Source: Octopus vulgaris (Eukaryota). Taken from it: a stretch of DNA of 64,000 bases. Under the pieces are notes generated by a model. The model did no database searches. It was not told the origin of the DNA and saw nothing but the letters and a program-made list of their open reading frames with translations. A program made the position numbers and the translations under genes. The stretch lies in contig OX597826.1 of the NCBI GenBank assembly GCA_951406725.2, positions 72,788,001-72,852,000 on the forward strand, in the 5' to 3' direction. Shown here piece after piece: positions 11,144-23,500 of the stretch. Positions within the stretch are counted from its first letter, which is position 1. Each line of letters starts with the position of its first letter.

Positions 11144-14100
11144 TTCCCTTTGAACTGACTTTCTCGTGTCAGGGCTCCCCTGTAGCAAAAAGGATGAGAA
11201 GGGATAATAACGCAAATGGGATTTTTTGACAAAAGAAAAAAAAAAATATAAATAGGGGAGGTTTGGTTACAACTTGCTATTCAAGACGTTTTGCTGCGTA
11301 ATCTTTTAGATTTATATCTTCCACCTTCTGACCCTTCAAATCTCTCCTGCTTCTAAATGTTGTTCTTGCAACAGTCTGTCCAGCTTTGATTTTCTTATTT
11401 AATCTTCCACTCTTTGATCTTTGCAACAATTGTCATGGTGATTTAGTCTGATTCTCATCTGTTTTACAGTTTCTTTGAGTGCATCCCCCCACCTCTCTCT
11501 CTCTTTAGTGTTGATACTGACCACCAGTCAGCTAAAACTGCCGTGTGTGTGTGTGTACCTCTTTAGTCTTGACACTGTCCACGCGTGTACCCCTAGTCTT
11601 GAACCTGCCCACACATGTGTACCCCTTGAAACTGTCCACATGTACCTTAAACTCAGCACCTCTGCCGGAAAAAAAAAAAAAAAAAAAGGGACTTAACTTT
11701 TCAAATATCTGCTATGACCCCCAAGTTTTAAGAATCAGATTGTGTTCTTCAGTTTTTACTTGAAAAACATTGTCAGTTATTGTCTTGTAACCCCACCTCC
11801 TCTAATTCTTTTCGGTAAAACATAAGCACCTGAACTTCCATATTTCTCTTATAAACAAGTTTGGCTTCAATGGCATCTATGGTTGTTCTATTCTTGTTAC
11901 ATTTGATAAATATTCCTAAAAATAATGCAACTCTTAAAAAAAAAAAAACATTTTATTCAGAAGAAAAGATTATTCCATCCCCTGTCACAGACTCTAGAAG
12001 AATCAACAGAATGTTGTCTCATTATTCTAAGTCACACAGGATCAAATCATGTCCATAATTTTAAATATATCCTCAAAACTTATTGAGCAAACTATTACAT
12101 TAAAACAAAAGCAAACTTTTAAATATAGATTTTTATGTTTTAGTTCCAAAATATAATTTAGTTGTATAATGTCTTCCACTTGTATTCCTGGAATAGAAAC
12201 ATACAACTAATAAGCCTTGTCTCTTTTCTGAAAAATCGTAGCTTAGACGTTTCCAGTTATTTTGGCTAATTATGGTAGACAGGCTGGTGAAGAGCTCTCT
12301 ACTTTTCATTTTCTGTTTCACTTCATTTGACGTTAATTAATACCTGTCAGAAAAGCATGAATCTCACACAATATCATTCTCATGTTTATGGAAATTAGAT
12401 ATGTTGGAAGATAAGAATTTATCTTAGCAATCTATAATTATGGAAATGCATGAGAGAGAGAGAGTGACCATTTCTCTCTCTCCTTAATAATACTCACATT
12501 ATTATACTTGAAAGATGGTAATCTATAATGAAATATAGATCCTATAATTCTACATACAATCTTCTGTAACTCCCCCACACCCATTACACTGGACGGTTGC
12601 AAAGCAACAGATCCAAAGAAATATATATATATATATAAAAAAAAAAAACCTACTTCATTACAATAAATATCAATTTTAGATTTCAAAAAAATTGTTTTTT
12701 TTTTTAAACATTTCTTTGAAAAAAGAAAAGAGAAAAATAACCCCTTGAATCTAGGAGTCACTGTGAATGACATGTTTCATAGCTGGGTTGAAATTACAAC
12801 AGCCCCTGTCATTGTAAAATGTATTAAAATCTTAACCCAAGATAAAAGTGGTAACACAACGAAAAGACGAAATAATAAGAGACACAGATGGTGGCTTACA
12901 TAGTTTAATGTCACAATAGCATAGTGATCAGTTTGTATGCCTCAATCTTCCACCACATGACACCTTAAACAGAGCACAATAAGAGCCTGTCTTCAGCAGA
13001 ATTTCACACATCCATTCTTCATGCATCCAAATGTGTAAAAATAGAACTTTAAAGTCTTTTTTTTTTCTGTTTTTGAATTCCTGAAAATGATTTTTATAAT
13101 AAATTTTGGGGTTGGCTAATGTAGCCTTACTGAAATAGGGCCAGGCTTTGGGGGGGAAAAAGGCCAGGCTTCTGATTATATCTGTGAAATTCTGCAAACA
13201 AACATGAATACAATGATAAATTTTGCAGATGACAAATATCACAGCTTAAAATTTGGATAAAAATATAACATTGGCAATTTTACCAAAAATTCATAAATGT
13301 AAGCAATCTGTTTCCGAATTTATATTAAACCAAGGTCTTTGCCTGTATTATTTTTCTCTAGAGGAGAGAAAGGAGAGGTATTAGTGATAATAAGGGCGAC
13401 ATTAAAAACCAAAGGAATGTTTTGACTTAATAGAAAATACTGACTGTGCTAAAGAATTTATAAAAGGCTTATAAAATAGAGAGAGAGACATTATGAAAGT
13501 AGAATGTAATCCTATTTAATTAAACATGATGTGTAGAACTGGTAAATGTACAGAGAAAACCAAAGTAGAAGGAATACCGAAGCAAAGACCTTGGTGTGTA
13601 TTTAAACATTGTAGACCATCTTTGGGCAGTTAGAGATGTATTATGTATCACATTCACTTCAACTAATGAGACTTGTTTAAAATTAAATTAGTCTGACCAA
13701 TTCTTAATGAAACCTTCAATCCTCTGAGAGAATAATAGATATAATGGTAAAATAGAAGCAAAAACTGAAATAATGCAGACAAGTCTATGGAAGTTGATAG
13801 ATTCTCTATAAAATAATTTTCATTGAAAGAATAAATTTTGTCTGAAATGTCCCTCACAGAAAGTAGTCAAAAGATCTGTGAACATCTTACATCAATTACC
13901 AACCGAAAATGGTCTTGAGACTTCAAAAAGAGTCAAGTATTCACAAATTAGTGCTAAATACTGCACTGACAAGCAGTTTTAATCTTCCCAAATGTTGAAT
14001 AATTTCTCCACAGGAGAATGAAGTTGCTACAGATATTTGTCATCGACCTGCTGAGATAAAATTATATACAATACATATGGCCAAAGTCACAGTTAGAATG

Positions 14101-17037
14101 GAGGGGGGAATTATTGATGTATATATATTTTAAAAAATATTAGTGCAAAGTATATGAAGATTTCACCCCTTCATGAAGCTAATTGTAGAGAAATAGTGAG
14201 CAGCAAAAGTTTTAGTAACTATGTACAGTAAGTAATGTAGTGCCATTGGATGCGTGTTACAAATATTCTGGAAGTTGACGTTACACGTAAATTCACAGCA
14301 GCAATAAAAATGCTGTTGATGGTTTTTACAATTGTTCGACCTTAACTTACAAATAGTGTTGTTGTCTACAATAGAGGAAATTTCAGTAGCTAGACGCAAC
14401 TCCAGGAAGCTAAGTCACTTTAAAGTTCTGTTCAGTTTATCTAAGTGTCAGCAGAAATGACAAATCTGTTTTAGCTCGACAGAGGTGGCAGCTGCTTTAA
14501 TTGAACAGATACACCAATCACACACACAAATTATAGGACTTGGCCATAGTTATATTATAAAGCATAGTTTAAAAAATACAAGCTAAATATTTAAGGGGGT
14601 TTTTTTTTTGGGTTATTTTAATCTAAGTTGGTGGGAGAGGGGACTAAAATAATAGGAATCAAATAAAAAGCCTCAAATTTCAGTTGTTTTTAGCGAAAGT
14701 TAAAAGGGTAACAGCGACAAGGTGGAAACAAGTTTAGACCAGAAATAACCAGAACTGTTTAATTAAAATTAGTTTTTGGGTGAGAACGAGATTTTCAATG
14801 AAATATTCTTTCTTGAAGCACATTAAACCTCCACATTGGAAAAGTTCAATATAAGTGGCTGAATAGTTTTAGTTTAAATAATTAATTACTGATGATGAAC
14901 ATTGCAATTATGTGGTTTCTATATTAAATAGAATACTAGCTGCAATCAGGGATTTAGTCTAGCATGGAATCTAACGAGAAACAACCTGGAGGCAGAACTA
15001 ATAAAATTAAACTACCAACTTTTTTTTTTTTTTTTTTTAAACAGTGGTTTTATGAGGATCATAGATGGTCTAAGAGCTGAATGGTTAGAAATAGGGTGGG
15101 TGTGTGTGTGTGTAATATGCAGACACCCTCCACCCAACAAAATATGCAGCTGGTTGGTGAGTTAAAATTGGAAAGCAGAAGCCAAAGCATGGTTAAAAAT
15201 GAAACAAGAATTTAGAAGCTTTCCGCAAACAATTCACAGAACGACATAAAGGAGTTTACAGCAAAATATTTGATAGTTAAAAACAAACAAAAGAAAAAAA
15301 CTATTTGTGCATCATCATCATACATCTATTTTTCCATGCTGGTGTGTGTGTGTGTGTGTATCATACTCTCACACAGATGGGTGGAGCAGGTATACTGTTG
15401 GCAAACAAATGATTAAAGCAACTCAGGTAACCAGAGTATCTGAGAGAATAACGAAGACAAGAATGGTAGCCTTTGCGCATACACTACAAACAGGACTGAC
15501 ATGATCAAAAGAACCCCCAGTATTTTACTGTGTTTGAGACATGGTAGGCAATCGAGAGGACCATGGCTGGCCTCCTACCAGTCAGGCAAACACACATCCT
15601 AACACTGACAAAAACAATCTGGAGAAGCCAAGTGATCTCTGAGCCAGATGTAGGTTCAAAGTAGTACTATATGACACGGAGAAACAGAATCCTAACAGAG
15701 TCCTTCGACATACAAGACAACTTGATGCAAGCCATAGACCAGATTAGTGAATGTACTTATAATCTAGCTAGACAAAAATGTGAAAGGACGCTAGAATGGT
15801 AAAGTAGACAGAGCCATAAATGTTAAGAGGCCTGGAAAGAAGGGAATAAAGTGTGGGAATGGGGGCAACAGAAGATATACTGAGCAAAGAGAGAAACTGA
15901 AAGAGGTTGGTCAATGTTCTCCGATGAGAGAGACTCTGCATTACAGAGCAGCGTACTAGTGTGAAAGAAGACCTTACTAGTGAGAAGTGCGTATGTAATG
16001 AAAGTGTCACTCTTCACCCTAATCAACGCTAAGAAGACCAAGGAACAGAGATGCTACTATAAGATACGGTCAAATACTCTAGAAGTATTTGAGAATTCTT
16101 GTTACTTATTTGACCAAAGTAGCAGTGAAGGAGAGACTACTGAAAGCATAGCAGTCAGAATGAGCAGGAAAAAAAAAATACAAGAAACTATTACATCTAT
16201 TGGCTACAAAGAGGTTGTTGATGCCATCAGATTGTATAATACAACGCTGCATGGTAGAGAAACATGCATTGAATGAAGAGAGGATGTATGAAGGCTGGAA
16301 AGAAATGAAGTGAGTATGCTCTAAAGGATATTTAATGCTGGTGTGTATGAATGAGGGAAAATGGTATACGCAGAACCAGATGTAGAGTGCAAGAAAGACT
16401 GACCTGATATGAACATGTAGTGTATTGGGAGGGAAAACCTAGGAAGACGCGACAAGTGGTGAGGGTTGATCTCAGAAGGTTAAATTCTAAAAAGGTTTGT
16501 GTGGCTGGTTTCCTTATCAGTGACGAGACACTGTGCTAGAGAAGGGCTAACCAACCCAGTCGAGCATGAATAATGGCGATGATGATGATGAGGGGACATA
16601 TATTAAATGTAACACACATGCATGGAACATGGATGTCAAATGATGATGATAAATAATATACATTATATATATAAGTATATACGACACTCACATGTATACT
16701 GAAACTGAAACAAAGCACATACACGTAGAAATATAGCGTGACACGTAAGGTAGTTGCCAAGCAATAAGACTGAAGAGGTAGCCAGTAATAAGAAGCACAG
16801 AAATAAAAGTGTAGATACAAACGACAAAAGAGAACGGAAGCAGCTGCAGAGGGATGAGGAAGGAAGGAAGGAAGCAGGGATTAAATAAGTTGAAATATTG
16901 ACAAATGATAAGAGGGGGAGGAGGAGGGCGATAAAAACGTTTCTGATTTCTCAGGACTCTTTTTTTTTTTTTTGAGAAGATCGATTCATTAAGAAACAGA
17001 TTCTACAGTTAAAAAGGTTTAAAATGTTCAGATAATG

Positions 17038-17043
17038 TTTATT
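17038..17043 (-). promoter_or_regulatory. Candidate poly(A) signal for NUP153
   Basis: AATAAA on - about 420 nt after the stop, followed by T-rich sequence. Confidence 0.35.
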
Positions 17044-17464
17044 TACAAATTTCTTTCTGTCAAAAACAGATCTCCACATCTTGGGTGTTCCATGTCCGTA
17101 TGTAAATGATGTAAGGAATAGTAGGAGTGTGGGGGGTGGGGTGGGGTGGGGAGGAAGAGGAGGAGAAGAAGCTGACAGCCTGTGTGTGATGTTGAGAAGC
17201 AAGAAAAGGAAGCTGACAGCGGTGTGTGAGGCGGGACGGGGAGAGGAAGAGGAGACTAAGTTTGAGAATTTACAGGAAGTTACAGAAAGAATAAAAATTA
17301 CAAAGAGAGGGAGAGTGAGATGGGGAGGGGGGTATCACCTGATAATTTAATTGTTTTGTCTAAAAGAGTTTTAACTGCTGTGTGGCCCAGCTGGAGTAGG
17401 AGAGGTGCCACCAGACTTTTCAATGTTCTATCGGAATGTTCCCTCATCACAGCAGCAGCTGTTG

Positions 17465-17540
17465 TTACACTTTCCGGGTTCTTCTGATGGCCTTCTTCAC
17501 AACACGGCCACTCTGGGGTTGAGAGCTGTCACTGTTGCCA
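17465..17540 (-). CDS. NUP153: NUP153 terminal coding exon
   Basis: SGNSDSSQPQSGRVVKKAIRRTRKV TAA; resembles the human GRKIKTAVRRRK tail. Confidence 0.93.
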
Positions 17541-20500
17541 CTGAAACAACAAAGGAAACCAGAATTATGTAGCTTCAGGGTGGTGAGGAGGAAGAGGAAG
17601 AAGAAGAGTAGAAGAGGAGGCAAAGTAAATGAAGATAAAAAAAAAAAAGAAACTTACCTGAATGTGAATCCTCCAGAAGTAAAATTGAAATTTGTTGGGG
17701 TTGCATTGAACTGGAACCCTGCTGATGTTCCAGTACCCAGAGGACCGGGATTTGTGTTTGTAGAAGGGGTCTGACCAAACTGGAACAAATTACTATTCAC
17801 AGCAGTAGTAGCAGAAGTAGTAGTATTGTCACTTGGCTGATTGAAAAGAGAAAGAAGACAACAACATTATTTAGCCTTGAAAAAAATTTTCTTTCTATAC
17901 TAATCAGTTAATTATTGCTATTTCCATAAGTATGCTGAAGAGCAAGCTTCATTGATATGGAAAATAAGACCGAAACATGTTCAGAGTTGTCTCCCGTACT
18001 TGCCAGGAAAATAACCATTGATTATTGGTTTACAGATTTTTCTTCATGTCCATGAATTAAATAGGTTTACAGTAATTAACTTGTCTAATAACAATTATAA
18101 AACAAAATTACATTAGCATACAAACATGTCCACACACACACACACATTATGTATATATAAACTTACACACGAAAGAGAAAAGTGTTTTCTAGAAAAGTCT
18201 TCAGCCACTGAGTATTCTTTGATATTAACAATTACTATTAAGTTTAAAAAGATGACTCCATGCCGGGACAAAGACACAAACCTAATTCTCACTAACATGG
18301 ATAAATTATTATTAAACATTGATGATAATACAAAGGTCCAGCTCAGTGCAGCCATCTGGTTCGCCAGTCCGCAGTCAAATCGTCCAACCCATGCTAGCAT
18401 GGAAAGCAGACGTTAAAAGATGATGATGATGTATGTGTGTATGAACATATGTATCAAAAGGATGTGTTATAATACTCATTCCACAACCAAACCAACAATC
18501 CAACATACCTCCATCATCAGCTGCCCCCATGGATATCATACACATATGTTTACTATTGTATCAGGTAAAATGAAAATGCCTTACAGGTCTTCACATGTAG
18601 TCCGCATAGATATATTGTTCATCTTGTGCAGGGTGTTCACCTAAGTGGTAGATGATTAATCACTTTCCTGAAATTTCTGTTATAAATGGTTAGGCCCCTT
18701 GTGTGAGGGAACTCCAAGAACTTTGACCCATCTTCAGTTTTTTGTCCCACGGCACAGAGTAACCATCTTGGTTTCATCTAACATGTCAATTAAAATCACA
18801 AAAAATGATCCTTTTGCTCCAGTGAATCCCGACTGTGGACCACAAAGGGGATATACTGCTGCTGTTGTGTTGCCTAGGATTCGTCATTTTGTCGCATACC
18901 TGGCTATCTCACTTACCTTTTCTATAATCCATTTTCTACTAGCACTCCACTTACTCTAGAGTTGTTGCTGACCAACTTCCCACCTGAACACAGCAAACAT
19001 CCATTTGGTTCCCTTCTAGAATATCTACAATCTCTTCAGATCTATTTTCCCTCGTTTATATACATGATTTGGAGGCAACTGCTGGATGACAAGTGAGCTA
19101 ACTCAAACACAGTCGTTTACTAAGTGGCAAGAACATAACTTGAGTTTAGTCATCATTGAGCAAAACCTTGCTAAAAGACATTCTTATGGTGGTGACAAGA
19201 TTACAAGTAGACTATCTTTCATTAAATTTCCCAGTAGCAACTACACCTTCCAATGGCTAAACTTCAGTGATCCAATCACTTCAGCTGTTAGTTGGTCAAG
19301 CTAGTTGTCCCCCAGTTACATTTGCATCATGCAAACACACTTGCCGGCCATTTGCAACATTCTACAAAGGTAAAATGTCAAGGATTTGATGGATTACTGA
19401 TAAGGAAACCAGCCACACAAACAAACGAAAGCAAGTTGGTCATGTACTTACCTGCTTTCCAGTAAACTGAAACACACCACCGGTATTGGGGAAGCTAAAT
19501 GGTTCAGAGCCACGGTTGGAGGTAAAATTAGCTGAAAATAACAAAAGCTAGAATTAGCATCTCAGGTTGGAGCAGAGATAAAACAGAGGCAGTAATTGTT
19601 CAGCAGTATTATCATTGTGTTGCAGTGTCATTATAACCAGGAAGTAAAACCTTATAACTGATAACTAATGAACAATAAAAAGTTCCACCGGAGCATGGAA
19701 CTTTTTAACGAAAACGTTTTTTGTGCAGGAAATACTAAAAAGAAAAAAATGGAGTGGTGCTGGTGATATTGTCAAAGCACTCACTCAAAATCATCTTCCA
19801 TGCTGGCATGGGTTGGACAGTGTGACAGGCGCTGGCAAACCAGAGGAGTGCACCAGACTCCCCTGTCTGTTTTGGCAAACCACTTTTTGAAGTGGATCGG
19901 GTGCTTTTTATGTGACGCCAGTGAGGTCTAATTTACATGGTTGTCAGGTTTAGAGAAATGCACACTGAAATATTTGAAAGTCAGTGAGGCTTGCCTTCTT
20001 TGGGGCATGGGTAGAGAGCAATTTTCTTTTTGCTATGGACCTGGAACATGGATTATGAAGAAAAAGCTTCAAGATCTTGAAAGTTCAAAGCATCTCAGAG
20101 TGTGAGGCTAAGAGCAAAGGGGAAATTTATGAACACATTCCACCCATTAATGCTAGATGCAAGGTAAGTTTTGTTGGCTGTTGCTATCATGCTAACAACA
20201 GGCCATATCAGATGTTAATGTCTGGAAACTTTTCATGGAGCAGAGGATGAAGACCATTTTATTAATATGACCGACAAAGATGCACAATATGAAATCAAGG
20301 ATCTACCAAAGCAAAATAGGGGCAGAGATTCATGGTACAACATTGTGAGATGCATCTCGGTTGTAGCTACCTGACAAAGAATTTTAATATATTGGGCTAA
20401 GTGTGGAAGAGGTAGACCCAGGAAGACATGGGATGAGATGGTGAAGCACAGTCTTCGAACATTGGGCCTCAAGCGGGCAATGACAAGTGACCGAGACCTT

Positions 20501-23500
20501 TGGCAAAATGCTGTGATTGAGAAGACCTGTCAAGCCAAGTGGAACCATAGTCGCGGCTGATGCTGGTATCATATAACAGGCACCCGTGCCGGTGGCATGT
20601 AAAAAGCATCCTTCGAACATTGGGCCTCATGGAGCTGATAAGTATCCGAGACCTCTGGCGATATGTTGTGCTTGAGAAGACTCATCAAGCCTAGTGAAAC
20701 CATGGTCGTGGCAGATAGCAAGGTGACATAAAAAGCATCCATTACACTCTTGGAGTGGTTGGCATTAGGAAGGGCATCCAGCCATAGAACACCATGCCAA
20801 ATTAGATTAGAACCCAGTGCAGTGCTCCAGTTTAACCAGTTCCCATAGCAGCATGGGAAGAAGATGCTGAATAATGAATAATTAAACTGACATAATTGCA
20901 GAGTACTTACTTGTTGCAGGTGTGGTAGTAGCCACATTGAAAGGCTTGCTGTTAAACAATGGTGGTGTTGGGTTGGCTGGTCTAAATGGAAATGAAGGTG
21001 CCGCGGCCCCAAAAGTAGCAGGAGAACTGGCCGCAGAGGCTGGGCTGCCAAACACAAAAGCTGGGGTTGACTGAGTAGTAGTGGTAACAGTAGGGGCCGC
21101 AGCAGTCGTCTGAGCCAAGGGAAAATTAAAGCCAGGAGAAGTAAACGTTGAAGGAGCAGTTGTACTGCTACTACCACTGTTGGCACCACTACCACTACTA
21201 CTATTGCTACTTATTACACCAAACGCTGGTAAGGAATTCCCAAATTGAAACTGCTGGCTGTTTGAAGCTGTGCTGCTGTTGGTAGTGGTGGCAGAGAAAG
21301 GATTCTTACTAGCAGAGTCTGCAAATAAAAGATAAAACAGCAATGCATTAAACGAAAGACAATTAAAACCAGTTTCCATCACAGGTTAAACCAGATGACA
21401 ATGCTGTGCTCAAGAGAAGAAGCAATTGGGTTTTTTGTTTTTTTTATTGAAGAAATAAAATTTCATATTGATTTTGTTTTCTGGTCTATTCTGATGTCCA
21501 TTAAATGAAATCCTCACATCTACTGGCTAAGATTCAAGATTAACCCTTTAGTGTTCTGATTATTCTATCAAATATAATGCCTATTGATTCACATTGATTT
21601 TGAATTAATCATGCATTATCTCATATCTTCAAGATCTTGATGGTGTAATTACTTAATGTAGAATAACATTGTAGGGTAGGTGTGAGAGCCTGGATCTGGT
21701 CAGTTTGAACATAAAACAGATTAGCTATTTTGGCCGGATATGGCCGGTTTAAATACTAAAGGGTTAATGTTATTTGCAAATGTATACGGTTATTTCATTA
21801 AAATTGATCAGTTAGTGAGCTCAATAATTGATTTACTTATGCTGGAACCACTGAAGACTTAACACAGTCTGTTGAGGAGAGTCAATATTTCTATGTGTAG
21901 AGAGTCACTGGTAGGCAAGAGTGGACCATTGACAGCTAAGTGCTTTGGCTATTGATACGCTACCACTGACTGGTATAGGCCATCCAATGAGCATCTGTAT
22001 CAATTCTGTCCACCCAATTTCACTTACAAAGTTTAGGTAAGCTGAAGTCATGATAGAAGATACTTGCCCAAGGTGCAGAACAATGTGATAACAAAGTGAA
22101 CTTGACCACATGATTCAAAGATGGCAGTGACTTTTTTTAGTCAATACCTCCCAAGAATTATTAAAACATGAATATGTTGGACTGAAGCAGAGAGCAACTT
22201 GCCAAGATGTTGGAGTTGGCACAGAAATCTAGAATCCAAATCAGCCTAAAGCGCTTCCACAACCCTGGGGGCCTGCATAAGCAGCAGCCTTATATTCAGT
22301 TGTTAGAACAGGTAAGAACTGTGATGTCGGAAGTAAGAGACTGAGGAAATAAAATACCTGTTCATTTGGAACAACAATAACATTCCTGAGTGGGAGTCTG
22401 CAGCAGAAGCAAGTGGAGGTGCAATGGCCCAGTGGTTAGGGCAGCAGACTTGTGGTCAGAGGATCGCGGTTTCGATTCCCAGACCGGGCGTCGTGTGTGT
22501 TAATTGAGCAAAAACACCTAAAGCTCCATGAGGCTCCAGCAGGGGGTGGTGGCAACCTCTGTTGTAATCTTTCCTCATGTTTCTTGTCCCCGACTTCCTA
22601 CGCAACCGCTGAGCCTGGATGCGCATTCATCCATCCGTCGATGCTCTCGGTGTCGGGGGTTGACCTGCTTTCTCTTCTGCGGGCCTTACGAATAGCAAAG
22701 GACCACGTTTTGGACTTCTCCCACAACAGACAATCCTGAGGTGCGATCTTGCGAGCTCTGGGATGAAGACCACTTCGCTCAACAAACAAGCAGCAGAAGC
22801 AAAGCCCTAATATCATATCTGTGATGGGGTTACAATTGAAATCGTATAGATAAGATTGATAACAAGTTTTCAATGAGACAAGCACTTACCAGAGAAAGGA
22901 GTAAATCCTCCAGAGAAAATAGCATTAGGTTGAGCTGCAGCACTAAAGTTGAAGTCAGCAGCAGGTGTTGTTGTGTTGCCAGAAGCAGAGGTCACCGAAC
23001 GTTTAGCTCCACTCGGTCCATCTGGAAAATAAATGTTCAATGAAGACGTTCAAGATTTTGTTTAGTACAGAAACAGGGAGAGAAGCAGACTCATGATATG
23101 GTGGGATACAGTTTAGGCATCACAGAGAAATGACCAGCACACAGTAATAAAGCCAATGGTATGGCTATTGATACCTACATACAGTATATAAAGATGAGAA
23201 TGTGTGTCCGTCTGTTTGCGTGAATCCCTAAAACTCAAGAACTACACAAACGATTTCATCCAAATTTTACACATGCCTTACTTAGGGTCCATGTCATCTC
23301 ATGGGCCAAACAAATTTCAACTTCTTGCCTAATGCGAGCTCAGAGAAATCTCTTATCTCTTCCACTATTTCAGTATTATGTGTCAAAAGTGCCTTTAGCC
23401 ATCACAGCCTCCCACTGCTCAACCAGTGAGATTGAAGCAGTCAACACTTCCCAAACATTTGCTAATCAACAGCTGCAGGAAAAAATGCAGAGAGCAAGAG

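Noticed and set aside
18540-19330. Possible old LINE-like relics (also near 9270-9990, 31540-32150) and a possible Tc1-like relic near 61700-62200
   Set aside because: Too degenerate to assign by eye; needs RepeatMasker or tBLASTx
20569-21195. 208-aa Leu-rich ORF on -
   Set aside because: Alternate frame of a Thr/Ser-rich NUP153 exon running into a LINE tail
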